Below are positions 1 through 12,988 of a DNA stretch of 64,000 nucleotides, piece after piece. Every line of letters begins with the position of its first letter. Position 1 is the stretch's first letter. The notes beneath the pieces are model-generated. The model was not told the origin of the DNA, ran no database searches, and worked only from the letters and a program-made list of their open reading frames with translations. Where the stretch lies: NCBI GenBank assembly GCA_951406725.2, contig OX597837.1, positions 47,554,001 to 47,618,000 of the forward strand. The letters are read 5' to 3'. Made by a program: the position numbers and the translations under genes. This stretch comes from Octopus vulgaris (lineage: Eukaryota).

Positions 1-165
1 GAAGGCGGGGAGAGGGAGATATAGAACGCTGTTTGACAACGTCATAAAGAGAAAGTGAAGAGATTTAGACGCTGTTAAACGACGTTATATATAGAAACTG
101 ATGGGAAGGGGGGAAAGAGAGTGAGTGACATAGATAGAGAAATTAAGGCCAACAGACCAGATATA

Positions 166-205
<40 letters not shown>

Positions 206-384
206 CAAAATACAAAGTTATATCTTGAGATCGCTAGTAATAACAATACTCAAAATACAAGACAGACTGGAATTGTAGTGCTCCAAATGAGCTATATTCG
301 ATTTGTTAATCTGAGCAGAGGCAATGTGAGCAGCAACTAAAGGAACATTACTAAAATTCACAGAAAAGTCAAACACATACATCA

Positions 385-592
385 TCTCTATATTATAAAT
401 CTGAAATGCGAAAAGTTTGTTTGTTTGTCTGCTTTTGGCATTGAGAACGGGTTAAAGGCCTCTAGATCCCGTCGGATTGACTCCAAAATTTACAGGGACA
501 TGTAAAATGAGGTGAGGATGCCAGTGGGCTACGTTAGAAATCCCTATCTTAAAAGGTGTCGTTGCTAGGACCAAAAACGCACTTTGACAAGT
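385..592 (+). mobile_element. Non-autonomous Helitron/HINE-like 5' fragment
   Basis: Starts TCTCTATATTATAAA, then (GTTT)n/GTCT and a CGGATTGACTCCAAAATTT segment; resembles Helitron-type 5' ends; no 3' end seen. Confidence 0.4.
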
Positions 593-599
593 CTACTCC

Positions 600-3195
600 C
601 ATTCTTTATATGTGTTTGTAAGTCCTGGTGTTTTTGTTATGTATTTGTCTGAATATTTTCTTATCATACCTAATGCACCTACTATGATAGGAATTATTTC
701 TATTTTCAGATTCCACATTCTAGTTACCTCTATTTCCAGGTCTTTGTATTTTGAGAGTTTCTCCATTTCTTTTAGAGACACCTTGTCATCAGCCAGTATT
801 GATACATCAATTAGAAAGCATTTTTTTCTTCATGATCTCTGACAACTATATCTGGTCTGTTGGCCTTAATTTCTCTATCTGTGTGTATCGGCATATCCCA
901 GAGTATGGTTGCTTTCTCGTTTTCTGTAACCTTTTCTGGTGTGTGCCTATACCATCTTTTTTCTGTTGTTATTCTATAATGTTGGCATAGCTTCCAATGT
1001 ATGTAGGTTCCAACTCTGTCATGTCTGTGAATATATTCCTTCTTAGCCAGGACTGGGCAGCTAGAGATAATATGATTTATTGTTTCTTGTCCATCTCCAC
1101 ATATTCTGCAGTTACTTGTAATATTTCTTTTCATTACATGTTTTTGGTAATTTCTGGTGGGGAGGCTTTGGTCTTGTGCTGCAATTAAAAATCCCTCTGT
1201 TTCTGCTTTGAGTCCTGAGCTTCTCAACCATTGCTGGGATTTTTCTTTGTCTATTTCTTTTGCGTTTAGTTTAGTCCAGTATTTACCATGAAGGGGCTTT
1301 TCTTGCCATCGTTTTATCATGGTTCGTTGCTGTTCTATTTTTAGTTTGGATTTCATTTGTTTTATAGCTTTTGTTGTTTCTTCATCTTCTTCTTCTTCTT
1401 CATGTTTATTAGGTGGTATGATTTCTTGTTTGTATTTGTCAGCTTCCTTAAATGCTGAGAACAGTTTTTTGTTTTGCTCGTGTTTTGCCGCTATCTGGAT
1501 CAGTTTTCCTTCCTTCTGAAGTAGATTTTTTGCAGTCCTATGGTGGTTATTTTATAGTAGTTTTCCAGCTGTATAAGGCCTCTACCACCTTCTATACGTT
1601 GTATATATAGTCTTTCTATGTCAGATTTTGGGTGATGCATCCTAGATCCTGTCATTATTTTTCTCGTTTTCCTATCTATTTTGGTCAGTTCATTTCGTGT
1701 CCAGTTAAGGATATTGTAGCTGTAACTTATAACTGGGACAGCTAAAGTGTTGATACCTATTATCTTGTTTTTAGCATTGAGCTCTGTTTTTAGTATTGAT
1801 CTAACTCGTCTATAATATTCTTTTTATATTTTCTCTTTCATTTGTGTGTGTTGTGTCTTATCTAGTTCATGGATTCCTAAGTATTTGTAAGTTTGGCTTT
1901 GGTCTAATTCTTTTATTTCATTGGTTTTATCTAGTGTGATGTTGTTACTCTTAACTAGTTTTCCTCTTTTCAGGGTTACTTTGGCGCATTTTTCTAATCC
2001 AAATTTCATATCTATTTCTTTGGTAAATCCATGAACTGTCTTTAATAGTGTTTCCAGCTGTTTGTCATTTGCAGCGTATAGTTTTAGGTCATCCATATAT
2101 AAAAGGTGGCTGATCGTTTTGCCGTAACATTTATATCCGCATCCAGTTCTATTTAGCATATCAGATAGAGGTGATAGTGCCAAGCAGAAAAGGAGTGGAG
2201 AGAGTGTGTCTCCCTGGAATATTCCTCTTCTAATGGGGATGTCTTTGGTTTTCATGAGTCCCTCTTTTGTTTGGAGGTGTAGGACTGTTTGCCATTTATT
2301 CATAGAGTCTCTATGAATTTTATGATTGTTGGTGCTACTTTGTTAATGGCTAGTGTTTCGAGGATCCATGTGTGGGGGATGCTATCAAACGCCTTTTTGT
2401 AGTCAATCCAGGCCATACTGAGGCCTTTCTTCTTTCTGTGGCTGTCTTCAGTTATGGCTTTATTAATCATTAGTTGATCTTTACAGCCATATGAGCCTTT
2501 GCGGCATCCTTTCTGCTCTTCTGGGAACAGTTTGTTTTCGTCCAGGTGCTTGTTCAGCCTTTGTGATATCACTGCAGTAAATGCCTTGAACATAGTAGGG
2601 AGGCAGGTTATTGGTCCGTAGTTTTCTGGTTTTTCTGTTTCATTTGATTTGGGAATTAAGATGGTTTTCCCCTTCGTGAGCCATTCAGGCATTGTCTCTG
2701 GCTCTGCTAGTACGTTTTTAAAGTTTTCAGCCAGCTTTTTGTGCATTCCTGTTAGATATTTCAACCAGAAGTTGGGGATCTTGTCATGCCCAGGTGCCTT
2801 CCAGTTGCTTAGTCTTTGCAGTGCCTGGGTGACCTCTTCAGTTGTTATGGGGGTCCAAAGTTGTTCAGATGCCGAGTTTGCTATTCTGATACTCCTTTTT
2901 TTGGTGGTTCGTTCGCCGACCATATTTCTCCCCAGAATTCTTCCAATTCTTCTGCCGTTGGTGCTGCAGTGACTTCTATTTTATTTTTGCCCAGTTCTTG
3001 GTAGAACTTTTTGGGGTTGGAGTTGAACTTTTTGTTTTCTTCAAAGAAGCGTTGGCGTTTCTTGTACCGGCGGATCCTTTGTGCTTTGGCAAGGATATCT
3101 TGCTTCAGCTTTTCTTTTATTTCAGGCAAATCTTTCTCTGTGATGTTATATTTGCGGAGTATTTTTGTTCTCTTTTTGTTGCTCAGTAGCGTTGA
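600..3195 (-). mobile_element. Dong/R4-clade non-LTR retrotransposon (RT plus restriction-like endonuclease), truncated at both ends, few frameshifts
   Basis: Collinear ORFs 2881-3129, 2300-2923 (WKAPGHD, PITCLPT, IDYKKAFDS), 1824-2303 (GIFQGDTLSP, YMDD, YKYLG), 811-1356 (CRIC..HIISSC knuckle, RHD, RPDIV), 593-781 (KLSKY). Confidence 0.93.
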
Positions 3196-3391
3196 TTGTT
3201 CTCTTTTTGTTGCTCAGTAGCGTTGATTGTTCTCTTTTTGTTGCTCAGTAGCGTTGATTGTTCTCTTTTTGTTGCTCAGTAGCGTTGATTGTTCTCTTTT
3301 TGTTGCTCAGTAGCGTTGATTGTTCTCTTTTTGTTGCTCAGTAGCGTTGATTTTGTTGCTCAGTAGCGTTGATTTTGTTGCTCAGTAGCGT
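3165..3391. repeat. 31-bp tandem repeat (about 6 copies plus 2 shortened units) at the LINE 5' truncation point
   Basis: Unit TTGTTCTCTTTTTGTTGCTCAGTAGCGTTGA at 3165, 3196, 3227 and onwards; runs into (TTA)n at 3391-3530. Confidence 0.95.
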
Positions 3392-3396
3392 TATTA

Positions 3397-3460
<64 letters not shown>

Positions 3461-3807
3461 CATTATTATCATTATTATTATTATTACTATTATTATTATT
3501 ATTATCATTATTATCATTATTATTATTATTCTTTCTACTTTTCACACAAGACCTGACATTTTGGTGGTGGTGGTGGAGGAGGAGAAGGAGGAGGAGGGGG
3601 AGGAGGAGGAGCTAGTTGATTACATCAACACTTGTGCTCAACTGGTATTTATTTTTATCTCAAATCTGTGGGTATCTTTGGCTTTCATCATTCCTGGATC
3701 AATAAAATAAATTACCAGTCATATACTAGGGTCAGTGGCGTTGACTACCCTTCCCCCTCAAATTGCTAGCCTTGTGCTTAAATCATCATTATCATCATCA
3801 TTATTAT

Positions 3808-6800
3808 TCTCCGAGTGATTTGCATTTTATTTCACCTTCTGACCGGGTCTCAAAGGCACGTATATATTAGATGGAAACTGTCTGAGAATATAGGCAGTTG
3901 GTGTCAGTGCAATTTTTTGAGTCTCATAGTTTATAGGTTTTCCAGGGATCTGGTCAAGAAATTTGTCACTGCCTTTCTTAATCATTCCAAGGGCACCTAC
4001 AACAACAGGGATGGTTTTGGTTTTTAATTGCCACATCCTAGATATCTCAATTTCAAAGTCCTTATATTTCGACAGTTTTTCAAATTAATTTGCTGAGAGG
4101 TTTCTATCAATAGGCACTGTCATATCAATCAACAGGCATGTTTTTTGTCTTAGGTCTTTGATGACAATGTCTGGTCTCTTATCATTTATTTGCCTATCTA
4201 TATGTATCCTATAATCTCATAGGATAGTAACATTCTCTCCTTCAGTGACTGGTTCTGGATGGTGTTCGTACCAGTTCTTAGGGTACTGAAAATCATTGTA
4301 ACATAGTTTCCGGGTGAGGAACCTCTGATCTTGTGCTGCGAAGATAAATATTTCTGTTTCAGATTTCAGATCATCACTCTACAGCCACTGATGGATTCTT
4401 CTTCTATCTACATCAGCTTCCTCAGCTTGTTTGGCGTATTGCCCATGCAATGGTTTTTCTTGCCACAGTCTCCTTCAAGTTTTCTTGTTTGGCTTTTGTT
4501 TTATACTTTTTTGCTGCCTTAGTGGGTGGTGTGTCCTTCTTATCATCATCATAACCAGGAAGGTCAAACTCTTGTCTACATTTATATGTCTCCTTTGAGA
4601 TTAGGTGCAGTTTCTTATTCTGTTTGTGTTGCCTCACTTAGCTGCATGATCTGGTCGGTGTTACGCTGGATGTACACCTGAAGTCCTCTCGTAATCGTTT
4701 TATAGGATGTTTCAAGCTGGATTAGACCGCTGCCTCCTTCCTTTCGTGGGAGATAGAGCTTGGAGATGTCCGATTTTGGGTAGTGCATCCTGTTTAGTGT
4801 CATCAGTTTCCTGGTCTTTATGTCCATATGCTGGAGATCACTCAGATTCCAGTTGATAACATTAAGGCTATACTGGACAACTGATACCACCAGGGAGTTT
4901 ATAGCCGCAATTCTATTTTGAGAGTCCAGTTCAGTATTCAGATCCATTCTGATACGTTTGTAATATTCTTTCCTGATCTCTTTCATTGATCCGTGTTGAA
5001 TCCCTTTTCCTTAATGTACCCCAAGATACTTACAGAAACCTTTTTGGTCCAAGTCATTGATAGATGCATTATGATCATGTTGGATCGCGGTATTAGATGT
5101 CAGTTTACCACGTTTGAACGAAGCTTTTGCACACTTGCCAATGTGGGATCATATCATAAGCCTTACGATAATCGATCCATGACTTGGCCAAATTAGTTTT
5201 TATCCTCTTGCAATCTCTAAGTACAGTTTTGTCGAACAGTAGTCTCTGCACTTACGCTTGAAACGCTTCTGCTCATGTGGCAGGACTCCATCCCCCCCCC
5301 ACCCCAGATGTTCGTACACTGACTCTGCGGCTATTCCAGTCAATAATTTCCACATAAGTGGCAAACAGGATATCGTATTGCTTTTTTTGATGTTTTTCAA
5401 GCACAGCACTGTCCTACCCAATGTCAATCACTCTGGTCAGCATTTAACAAGGTGTTCAGTTGTGCAGCTGTTCGTGCATGACATTCACCAAATCTTTTGA
5501 TCCAGTAGCCTTGTTCTCCATCTGGTCCCGGGGCCTCCCAGTTGCTCCTTTTTGTCTTTTGTTTTTTGTGATTTCCTTCACTTCCCTAACTGAAATTACT
5601 AGTTTTGCCTGCTTTGGACAGATTACTGTTTGTTTCAGTTCTTGCAACCATTCAGCATCCTTCTTGTGCTCCTTGTCTTTGCTCCAGATGTCACTCCAAA
5701 ACATTTGATTTTCAATGTTATCTGGTATCAACTTTTCATCTGTACACTCTCCATTTATTTCTTTGTAGAATCTTTTATGATCTACTCTGAATAACCTGTT
5801 CTGCTGGTATCCCTTCATTCTTTGATCATATGTTACCATGTTTGCAACGAGGGGCTGTTTCAGTTCCCCCATTATTACTTTCAGGTCCTTTCTTTCAATA
5901 TTATACTTCCTGTTCAGCGCCCTGTATTTTTGTTCGTTTTTCAACTCCCCCTTCTCTTTTCGGTCTAACAGAGAAATGCCTTTCTCGTGCATATCTAACC
6001 CCGCCTATATTCTTCTTTTCCACCACGGATCTTTTCTTTTGTCACTCCCATTATATTTCTTTTTCTTGACATCAACACCCACATTTCCTGCTACCACAAT
6101 ACTTGCTGCTTTGATCAAATTATTTGTTTCTGTGATGCTTTTTTGTTCTGATATAATCCAGAATTTCATTCACATTTTTCGTTTCTTGGTTCAACTTCCA
6201 CCGATCAACCATTTTAATGTTGCAAATAACGTCGCTACCGTTCTCCTGTAACTTTGCTTTTATTCTGTCGCAGATTGCCTTTTGCCCATCTGTCATGTCA
6301 CCATTAGTTTTAATGTCTTCTTCCAGACCCTCTATATTTTTCTCATCGAGCAATCTATCACTGTTCCTTTCCTTCGGTTTATTAGAGATCTCATCTCTGT
6401 TTTCTGCTATGAGCTTACTTTTATCAGTAGGAACTGTATTTTCATCGTTTCCTCTGCTGCTGTTTTCCAAAACCGGTCTTTTGATAGCTTCGAGCTCTAT
6501 TGCTGTGAACCAGCGATTTTTTCCTATTGTTCTGGCTCGATCACATAATCTCTGTTCCGCAAGTCGAAACAATCCTCTTTCTCTCCATTGATCATACATA
6601 CGTTGTCGGTATCCCCTAGTATGAGAACCATTTTCGTCTGCAGGGTTACTCAGGTAGTAACACTCCATGACCACAGCATTGACTTGTTTGTTCCATCTAC
6701 TCCGCGTGTGCTGCTCCGTTGCTGGATAACGACAGACTTGAGTCGGACCAGTATCTCTGGGCCTGCCGGGTGCAACACTGTCGCCATCAAAGGCTTCAGT

Positions 6801-6955
6801 TCGTTACCACCGTTATTCACAATATTTTATTTTTTTCCTTGTCACTCATATGAGGTAGCAGTTATCAGGTTGCGCAGTTACCAGTGTTTTTATTGTGACA
6901 CCATCACTTGATGTAACATCGATCAGGACATGAGGAGATTCCAACCGCTTCCTTT
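3808..6955 (-). mobile_element. Older, degraded near-full-span Dong/R4-clade LINE with internal deletions
   Basis: N-terminal VMECYYLS..GYRQRM..W..RG..EQRL (6120-6674), [14 protein letters not shown] (5200-5427), LYLPRKEGG.GL (4615-4986), C-terminal IPVVVGALG..QKIAL..AYILR (3827-4036); TAA/TGA repeats at both ends. Confidence 0.88.
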
Positions 6956-7213
6956 CATTATTATTATTATCATCACTGACATTATTATTTCCATTTTTTA
7001 CTATTTATCATTGTTAATATTTTCTCTGATCCAACATGAGATTTGGCTAATTGTCATTAACACTTTCGTGTTAGTACTAGGCTCCGGGTCTTTTCTGTTA
7101 GCGTAGACAATCTGATAGTGCACCGCTTCTGTAATTATAAACAAATAATTGTAGTCAAACGAGATGAAGAAACAAACAAAAGACTAATATCCACACCTAT
7201 TTTTTCTGTGGTG

Positions 7214-7316
<103 letters not shown>

Positions 7317-7580
7317 CTGGGGTGTAAACATAATTAATTAGTTTACGAACTTATGTGTTTATGATGTGTACTCAATCGGATATAGTCCAAAACTTTGTCA
7401 GTTTTTTTAGGCTCCATTTGTTGTCTTTATTCTCGGTGTTTTTGGATAGATTTCGGAACAGTTTTTATCGCTTTCACATGTTACACGTCCCCGGCTATTA
7501 TTATTATTACTGTTGTTGTTGTTGTTGTTGTTGTGGTGGTTGTTGTTGTTGTTGTTATCATCATCATCATTATTATTATT

Positions 7581-8971
7581 GAGTGAGAGAGCAGTGCATG
7601 CCATCAAAGTGACACTAGGTGACAAAGCCGGAATACTGCAGGGAGACACACTCGTCCCATTTCTTTTCATCATTGTTGTTGATTATGTGCTACGTATGTC
7701 AGTTGATACCATCTCTGGCAAGGGCTTTGAAATAAAACCAAGAAGAAGTTCCAGACACCCAGCTGAGTACTTGACAGACACTGACTTTGCTGACGACATC
7801 GCTCTTATCAGTGATTCTCTCTCCAATGCCCAGTCTCTTTTACAATCTCTTGAACAAGCCTCAAATTGTGTAGGTCTTTACCTCAATGAGGCCAAAACTG
7901 AATACATAAACAAGTGCCTGTCCAACAGTGATTGCATCATCCATACTCTCAACAATGCGCCCTTAAATATGGTTTCTGATTATAAATATCTTGGCTCATA
8001 CATATCATCATCTGGAAAAGACTTTCTAACTAGAAAGGGTATGGCCTGGTTAGCCTGTAATGACATGCATAAGATCTGGTCATCAAATCTAAGTAGAGAC
8101 TTCAAACTTGAAATCTTCAAAGCCACAGTAGAACCAATTCTATTATATGGCTCAGAAACCTGGACGTTATCAAAGAAGCTTGAGAGGCGGTTGGATGGAA
8201 CCTACACTCGCCTCCTTATGAGAGCTCAAAATCTCTCGTGGAAGCGCCATCCAACCAAAATGCAAATATATGGGAAACTACCACCTGTGTCATCTCTTGT
8301 GAAAGATAGGAGAGTCCAGTTTGCTGGATATTGTTGTAGAGCTGAAAAAGAAGTAATTTCTACTCTTCTCCTCTGGAAGCCATCTACTCGCAATACCAGA
8401 GGGCGCACACTCTCCTACCCTGATGTAATCTCCAGGGATACAGGCATCCAGCAACAGGACCTCCGTAATGCCATGATGGACCGTGAAGTCTGGCGTTGCA
8501 GGGTAAATTCCATTGTCTCGACCACGGTCGAACAATGATGATGATGATGACACTAGGGTAAAATATACGAAGCCCAGTATACCCATCAGGACTACCCGTC
8601 TGATAAGGGTACACTAGGCTCATGCATCACAACCATGTGTGCGCGACATGGTGATCTCATATCAAGATAAACAGCACATGACCTTGCAGGTGGAGCCCAG
8701 TTAGAATTTTCATCTGGTCGAGTAACCCATCCCGCTCAAAAGGTCCCTGAATAAGGATTGTTTAAGGATGATAAACAAAACACTGATGTTTCCAGAGGTG
8801 AATTATTCAAACCCCAAAGAATCCTTCTCAACATATGGCTATGATGCTCCCCCACTACTTCTGCTCGTGATCAGAGATGCACATATTGTCAGCCACTAAG
8901 GGACATGCTCAACTGGTTAAGGTCAAACAACTGACAAGCAAATCTGTGATATTGAGCAGAATATTTGCTGT
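7581..8971 (-). mobile_element. Non-coding retroposon or LINE 3' UTR-like repeat flanked by (TAA)n, split by an RTE insertion
   Basis: 7581-7619 continues at 8558-8971 once the RTE and one TSD copy are removed; TTA repeats on both sides. Confidence 0.55.
7620..8547 (+). mobile_element. 5'-truncated RTE-clade LINE with an open RT C-terminal half, (TGA)n tail and 10-bp TSD
   Basis: GILQGDTL.PFLF, FADDIALI, YKYLGS, LLYGSETW, MMDREVWR in one stop-free frame to 8538; TGACACTAGG at 7610-7619 and 8548-8557. Confidence 0.93.
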
Positions 8972-9014
8972 ATTATTATTATTATTATTGTTATTATTAT
9001 TATTATTATTATCA

Positions 9015-9205
9015 AGGCAGTGAACTGACTGAATGTTCTGGGCCAAATACCTTGCGGTATGTCTTTACGTTCTGAGTTCAAAATCCTATGAGGTCGACTT
9101 TTCCTTTTATCCTTTCGGGGGCGATAAACTAAGTACCCATTGATCTCTGGGGTCGATGTAATAGACCAGCCCAACCAGCAAATTTTAGGCGTAGAGTAGA
9201 AACAG
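9015..9205 (+). mobile_element. tRNA-derived SINE, family B (degraded)
   Basis: GAGTTCAAA B-box, GGTCGACTTT.CCTTT.ATCCTTTCGGGG core shared with copies at 43.0, 43.2, 44.5, 54.0, 54.3 and 63.9 kb. Confidence 0.75.
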
Positions 9206-9854
9206 TTATTATTTCTGCAACATTTACAAGTTTTGTGCATAAAGGCTTTGTGTCAAGAAAAGTTAAAATTCAAAGGTCTTCAAAATTGATTTGTGTCCAA
9301 AACAAAAAATTGTTATCGTTATTGTAATCATGTCAAAGTCCAATACGCAATACCCTGATACAACATGATAAAGCATTATATTCGCGGAAAAATCCACCCC
9401 ACTCACCGCACTACCACCACCACCACCACCACCACCACCACCACTCCCTGACTCACTAAAATTTCTATAAGACGACCAAAAGATTAGATTAGGCGTAAAA
9501 ACCGGCTGATATCATTCTTGATGTTGTTACTGTTATCATATAACTATATATATAATTGAGAATGTGTGTGTGTCTGTATGTCTGTGTGTATGTATGAGTG
9601 TATCACTAAAACTTGACAACCACTCAACCGATTTCATTCGAATTTTACACATGCCTTACATGGAGCATTTTCTTATCTCTTACACTGATTCGGTATTACG
9701 TACGAAAAGTGAAATAATAACATCTCTACTATAATGTGAGATAATACATTCATTATTATAGGATTTCAATTTCAATTACTTTCACTATGTGCATATATAT
9801 ATATTAGTTTCATTTCTGTTACTTTCATTATGTGCTTATATATATGTTTGTATA

Positions 9855-9903
<49 letters not shown>

Positions 9904-9952
9904 GTATATATTTATCTTTGTATTTATATATGTATATATATATACATATATG

Positions 9953-10017
<65 letters not shown>

Positions 10018-10173
10018 GTATGTATGTATGTATGTATGTATGTATGTATGAATGTGAATATATATGTATGTATATATACGTATATATATATTTGTGTGTG
10101 TGTGTATACCTAGGTAAGCACATAAATGCGAAACAAGTTGGAAGAAATAGTATTCGAATACCAGAGATAGAGT

Positions 10174-10313
10174 AAAGCAGCCAAAATATATCACAAAAAC
10201 TGTTTACTCGGAGTTTCACGTTGCCATTTGTCGGATAGTTTTGTTCTAAACTGTCCAACGAACGGGAACGTGAAACTCTGAGTAACAGTTTTTGTGATAC
10301 ATTTTGGCTGCTT
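10174..10313. mobile_element. Short imperfect palindrome with degenerate minimal hammerheads in both arms
   Basis: Arms 10174-10241 and 10248-10313; + strand AAACTGT-CCAACGA-ACGggaaCGT-GAAA-CTCtGAG-TA-ACAGTTT at 10248-10291; (TA)n follows at 10323. Confidence 0.7.
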
Positions 10314-10560
10314 TTCAATAAAGTATATATATATATATATATATAACAAAAACATATTTAAATGATTATTGCGGAGCATATTCACCATCTATTGATACTT
10401 CAATTACAGCTTCCCATTTGGCAAACGGTCAGACCGTCATTTAAAGATGTTTTTGTTAAATGTTGTTATTGCTTTTGTTGAATAAAATTTGTAGAAAACA
10501 AGCCGCAATAATTATGCACCAACAAAATATATGTTTGTATGCAGATAGATTTTTATATAA

Positions 10561-10627
<67 letters not shown>

Positions 10628-10628
<1 letters not shown>

Positions 10629-11471
10629 TAGCAGAATTGCCCGGCGTTGCTCGGGGCTGAATTGCTTGAAAGTACTGTTAATGATTGCACTGAATTATGA
10701 TGATTATTCAGGCAAATATTGATATAAGTTTACGGTGGGAGATAAGTACTTAACGATAAAACGTGTGCCATTGCATTGTTTTGGGGGAACCAAATTTCTA
10801 ATGAGCATTATAGGAGCACCAACTTTAAGTTTGAGAAAGTCTGGTGGTAGTCCGGGGTGCTCAAAGGAATTTAGTACCTCTATTGGATAGTTGATGACGT
10901 CCTCTGGGTCAGGAGTTGTATCGATAGACTGATATACATAGACTTCCCCAGGAATGAGTTTTAGCATTTCATCATTAATATGGTGAACAGTTTTATTCCT
11001 CGGGGCCAGTATAGCCTTTTTGCCAATCCAATCCATATTCTGATAATTAGCTTGTAGATCTGGGAACACTGCATCTCTGAGATCAGAAGGCGTCTTAACA
11101 ATGGTACAAATGGAATCGATGGCAATATTACCATTTTCATCCCCTGGTATTTTGCCTTCGCCAAGTGCAAGGAGGGTGTGAGGAAATGCTGCTGATGTGA
11201 TATTACGTCGCATATGAGCACGCATATTGGTGTGAAGTTTGAGAGTTACTTCCTTTATTTAAAAAAATATGCATTAAAATGGAAAAAAATGATGGTAAAT
11301 TATTTGTAAAATCATAGACTCATCGTAGACGCGCGCTAATACCCAGAAGGGCTCGATATGAATCACGACTATAAGATACCCGGTTTTGGTTAAACTGCAT
11401 TGCAAAATGTGGGAGTAGTTAGGAATCTAAATCGGAGTAGACAGACACACAACCTTTCTTTTATATATAAA
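10628..11471 (-). mobile_element. Internally deleted Helitron carrying a PIF1-family helicase fragment
   Basis: ORF 10704-11225 with NMRAH, AILAPRN, LKLKVGAPIMLIRNL, CNGTR; minus-strand 3' hairpin CCCGagcaacgcCGGG followed by CTAG at 10628-10631. Confidence 0.9.
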
Positions 11472-12150
11472 TATTTTCGTCCTAAAAAACTTTGTATGGA
11501 TTGAATGGTTACCTCTATGGAAATATATACACGCACATTATACATACATGTGTGTATAGATGAATATATAAATACATTTAAATATCTATATACACTTTTG
11601 GGCGATCTTTCTTTTTCTTAGAGATAACTTTAGATCTTATATTCGTCCTAAAAAACTTTGTATGGAGTGAAAGGTTACCTCTATGGAAATATATGCACAC
11701 ACATTATACATACATCTGTGTATAGATGAATATATAAATACATTTAAATATCTATATACACTTTTGGGCGATCTTTCTTTTTCTTAGAGATAACTTTAGA
11801 TCTTATTTTCGTCCTAAAAAACTTTGTATGGAGTGAATGGTTACCTCTATGGAAATATATACACACACGTTATACATACATGTGTGCATAGATGAATATA
11901 TGAATACATTTAAATATCTATATACACTTTTGGGCGATCTTTCTTTTTCTTAGAGATAACTTTAGATCTTATATTCGTCCTAAAAAACTTTGTATGGAGT
12001 GAAAGGTTACTGCTATGGAAATATATACACACACATTATACATACATCTGTGTATAGATGAATATATAAATACATTTAAATATCTATATACACTTTTGGG
12101 CGATCTTTCTGCTACTTGGATATAGGTCTTATATTCGTCGTAAAAAACTT
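11472..12150. repeat. 166-bp tandem repeat, about 4 copies, alternating A/B variants
   Basis: TTCGTCCTAAAAAACTTTG at 11476, 11642, 11808 and 11974, partial at 12134. Confidence 0.95.
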
Positions 12151-12234
12151 TCCTGTCACACACTCACGCACACGCACACACACACACACGCATCCTCACA
12201 CACACACACACACACACACGCACACACACACGTT

Positions 12235-12596
12235 AGCTTACAATTTTATTTATATATTTGCGTGTCTATGTGTGTAAAGTGGAAGTGGGAATGTAGAGTG
12301 AAATAGTCACTCACTACAGAAAGTGAATTAGTTTCACTTTATTCGTTGCACACTGTGTGTGTGCGTTTGCGTGTGCTGTATCCCACACTAAGAGAAGCAT
12401 TTGACTCATACACCACAATGTGAGTTTTCTCTAAATTTTGCTTAATTGGGGTTGAAATTTTAAAAAGTGGACCTGTCACGACCCGATGCATTCTACTCTT
12501 AAAAATGCTAGGTAAATTGTAATTGAAGAAATCCTATATTGTAGATTTCTATAAGATACAAAGGGAGGCAGATAAAATCTGCCTTTTATAATAAGA
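12235..12596 (-). mobile_element. Helitron-like 5' end, possibly the host of the 166-bp array
   Basis: Minus strand starts TCTTATTATAAAAGGCAGATTTTATCTGCC next to (TA)n. Confidence 0.45.
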
Positions 12597-12710
12597 TATA
12601 TATATATATATATAAGTATATATATTTTATGCATATATATATATATTTATGTATGTATATTTATGTGTATATGTGTGTATATGTGTGTATATAAATGTAT
12701 ATATATGTAC

Positions 12711-12742
<32 letters not shown>

Positions 12743-12821
12743 ATGTATATATGTATGTATGTAGGTATATGCATACATAGATGTATATATATATATATGT
12801 ATACGTATATATAGATGTATT

Positions 12822-12867
<46 letters not shown>

Positions 12868-12920
12868 CATGTATACATATATATAGATATATATACATAT
12901 ATATATAGATATAGATATAG

Positions 12921-12987
<67 letters not shown>

Positions 12988-12988
<1 letters not shown>

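Noticed and set aside
7513-7619. Signal-peptide-like poly-Leu N-terminus fused to the RTE RT ORF
   Set aside because: It derives from (TTG)n/(TTA)n repeats and the host repeat upstream of the TSD; a chance in-frame fusion with a non-ATG start.
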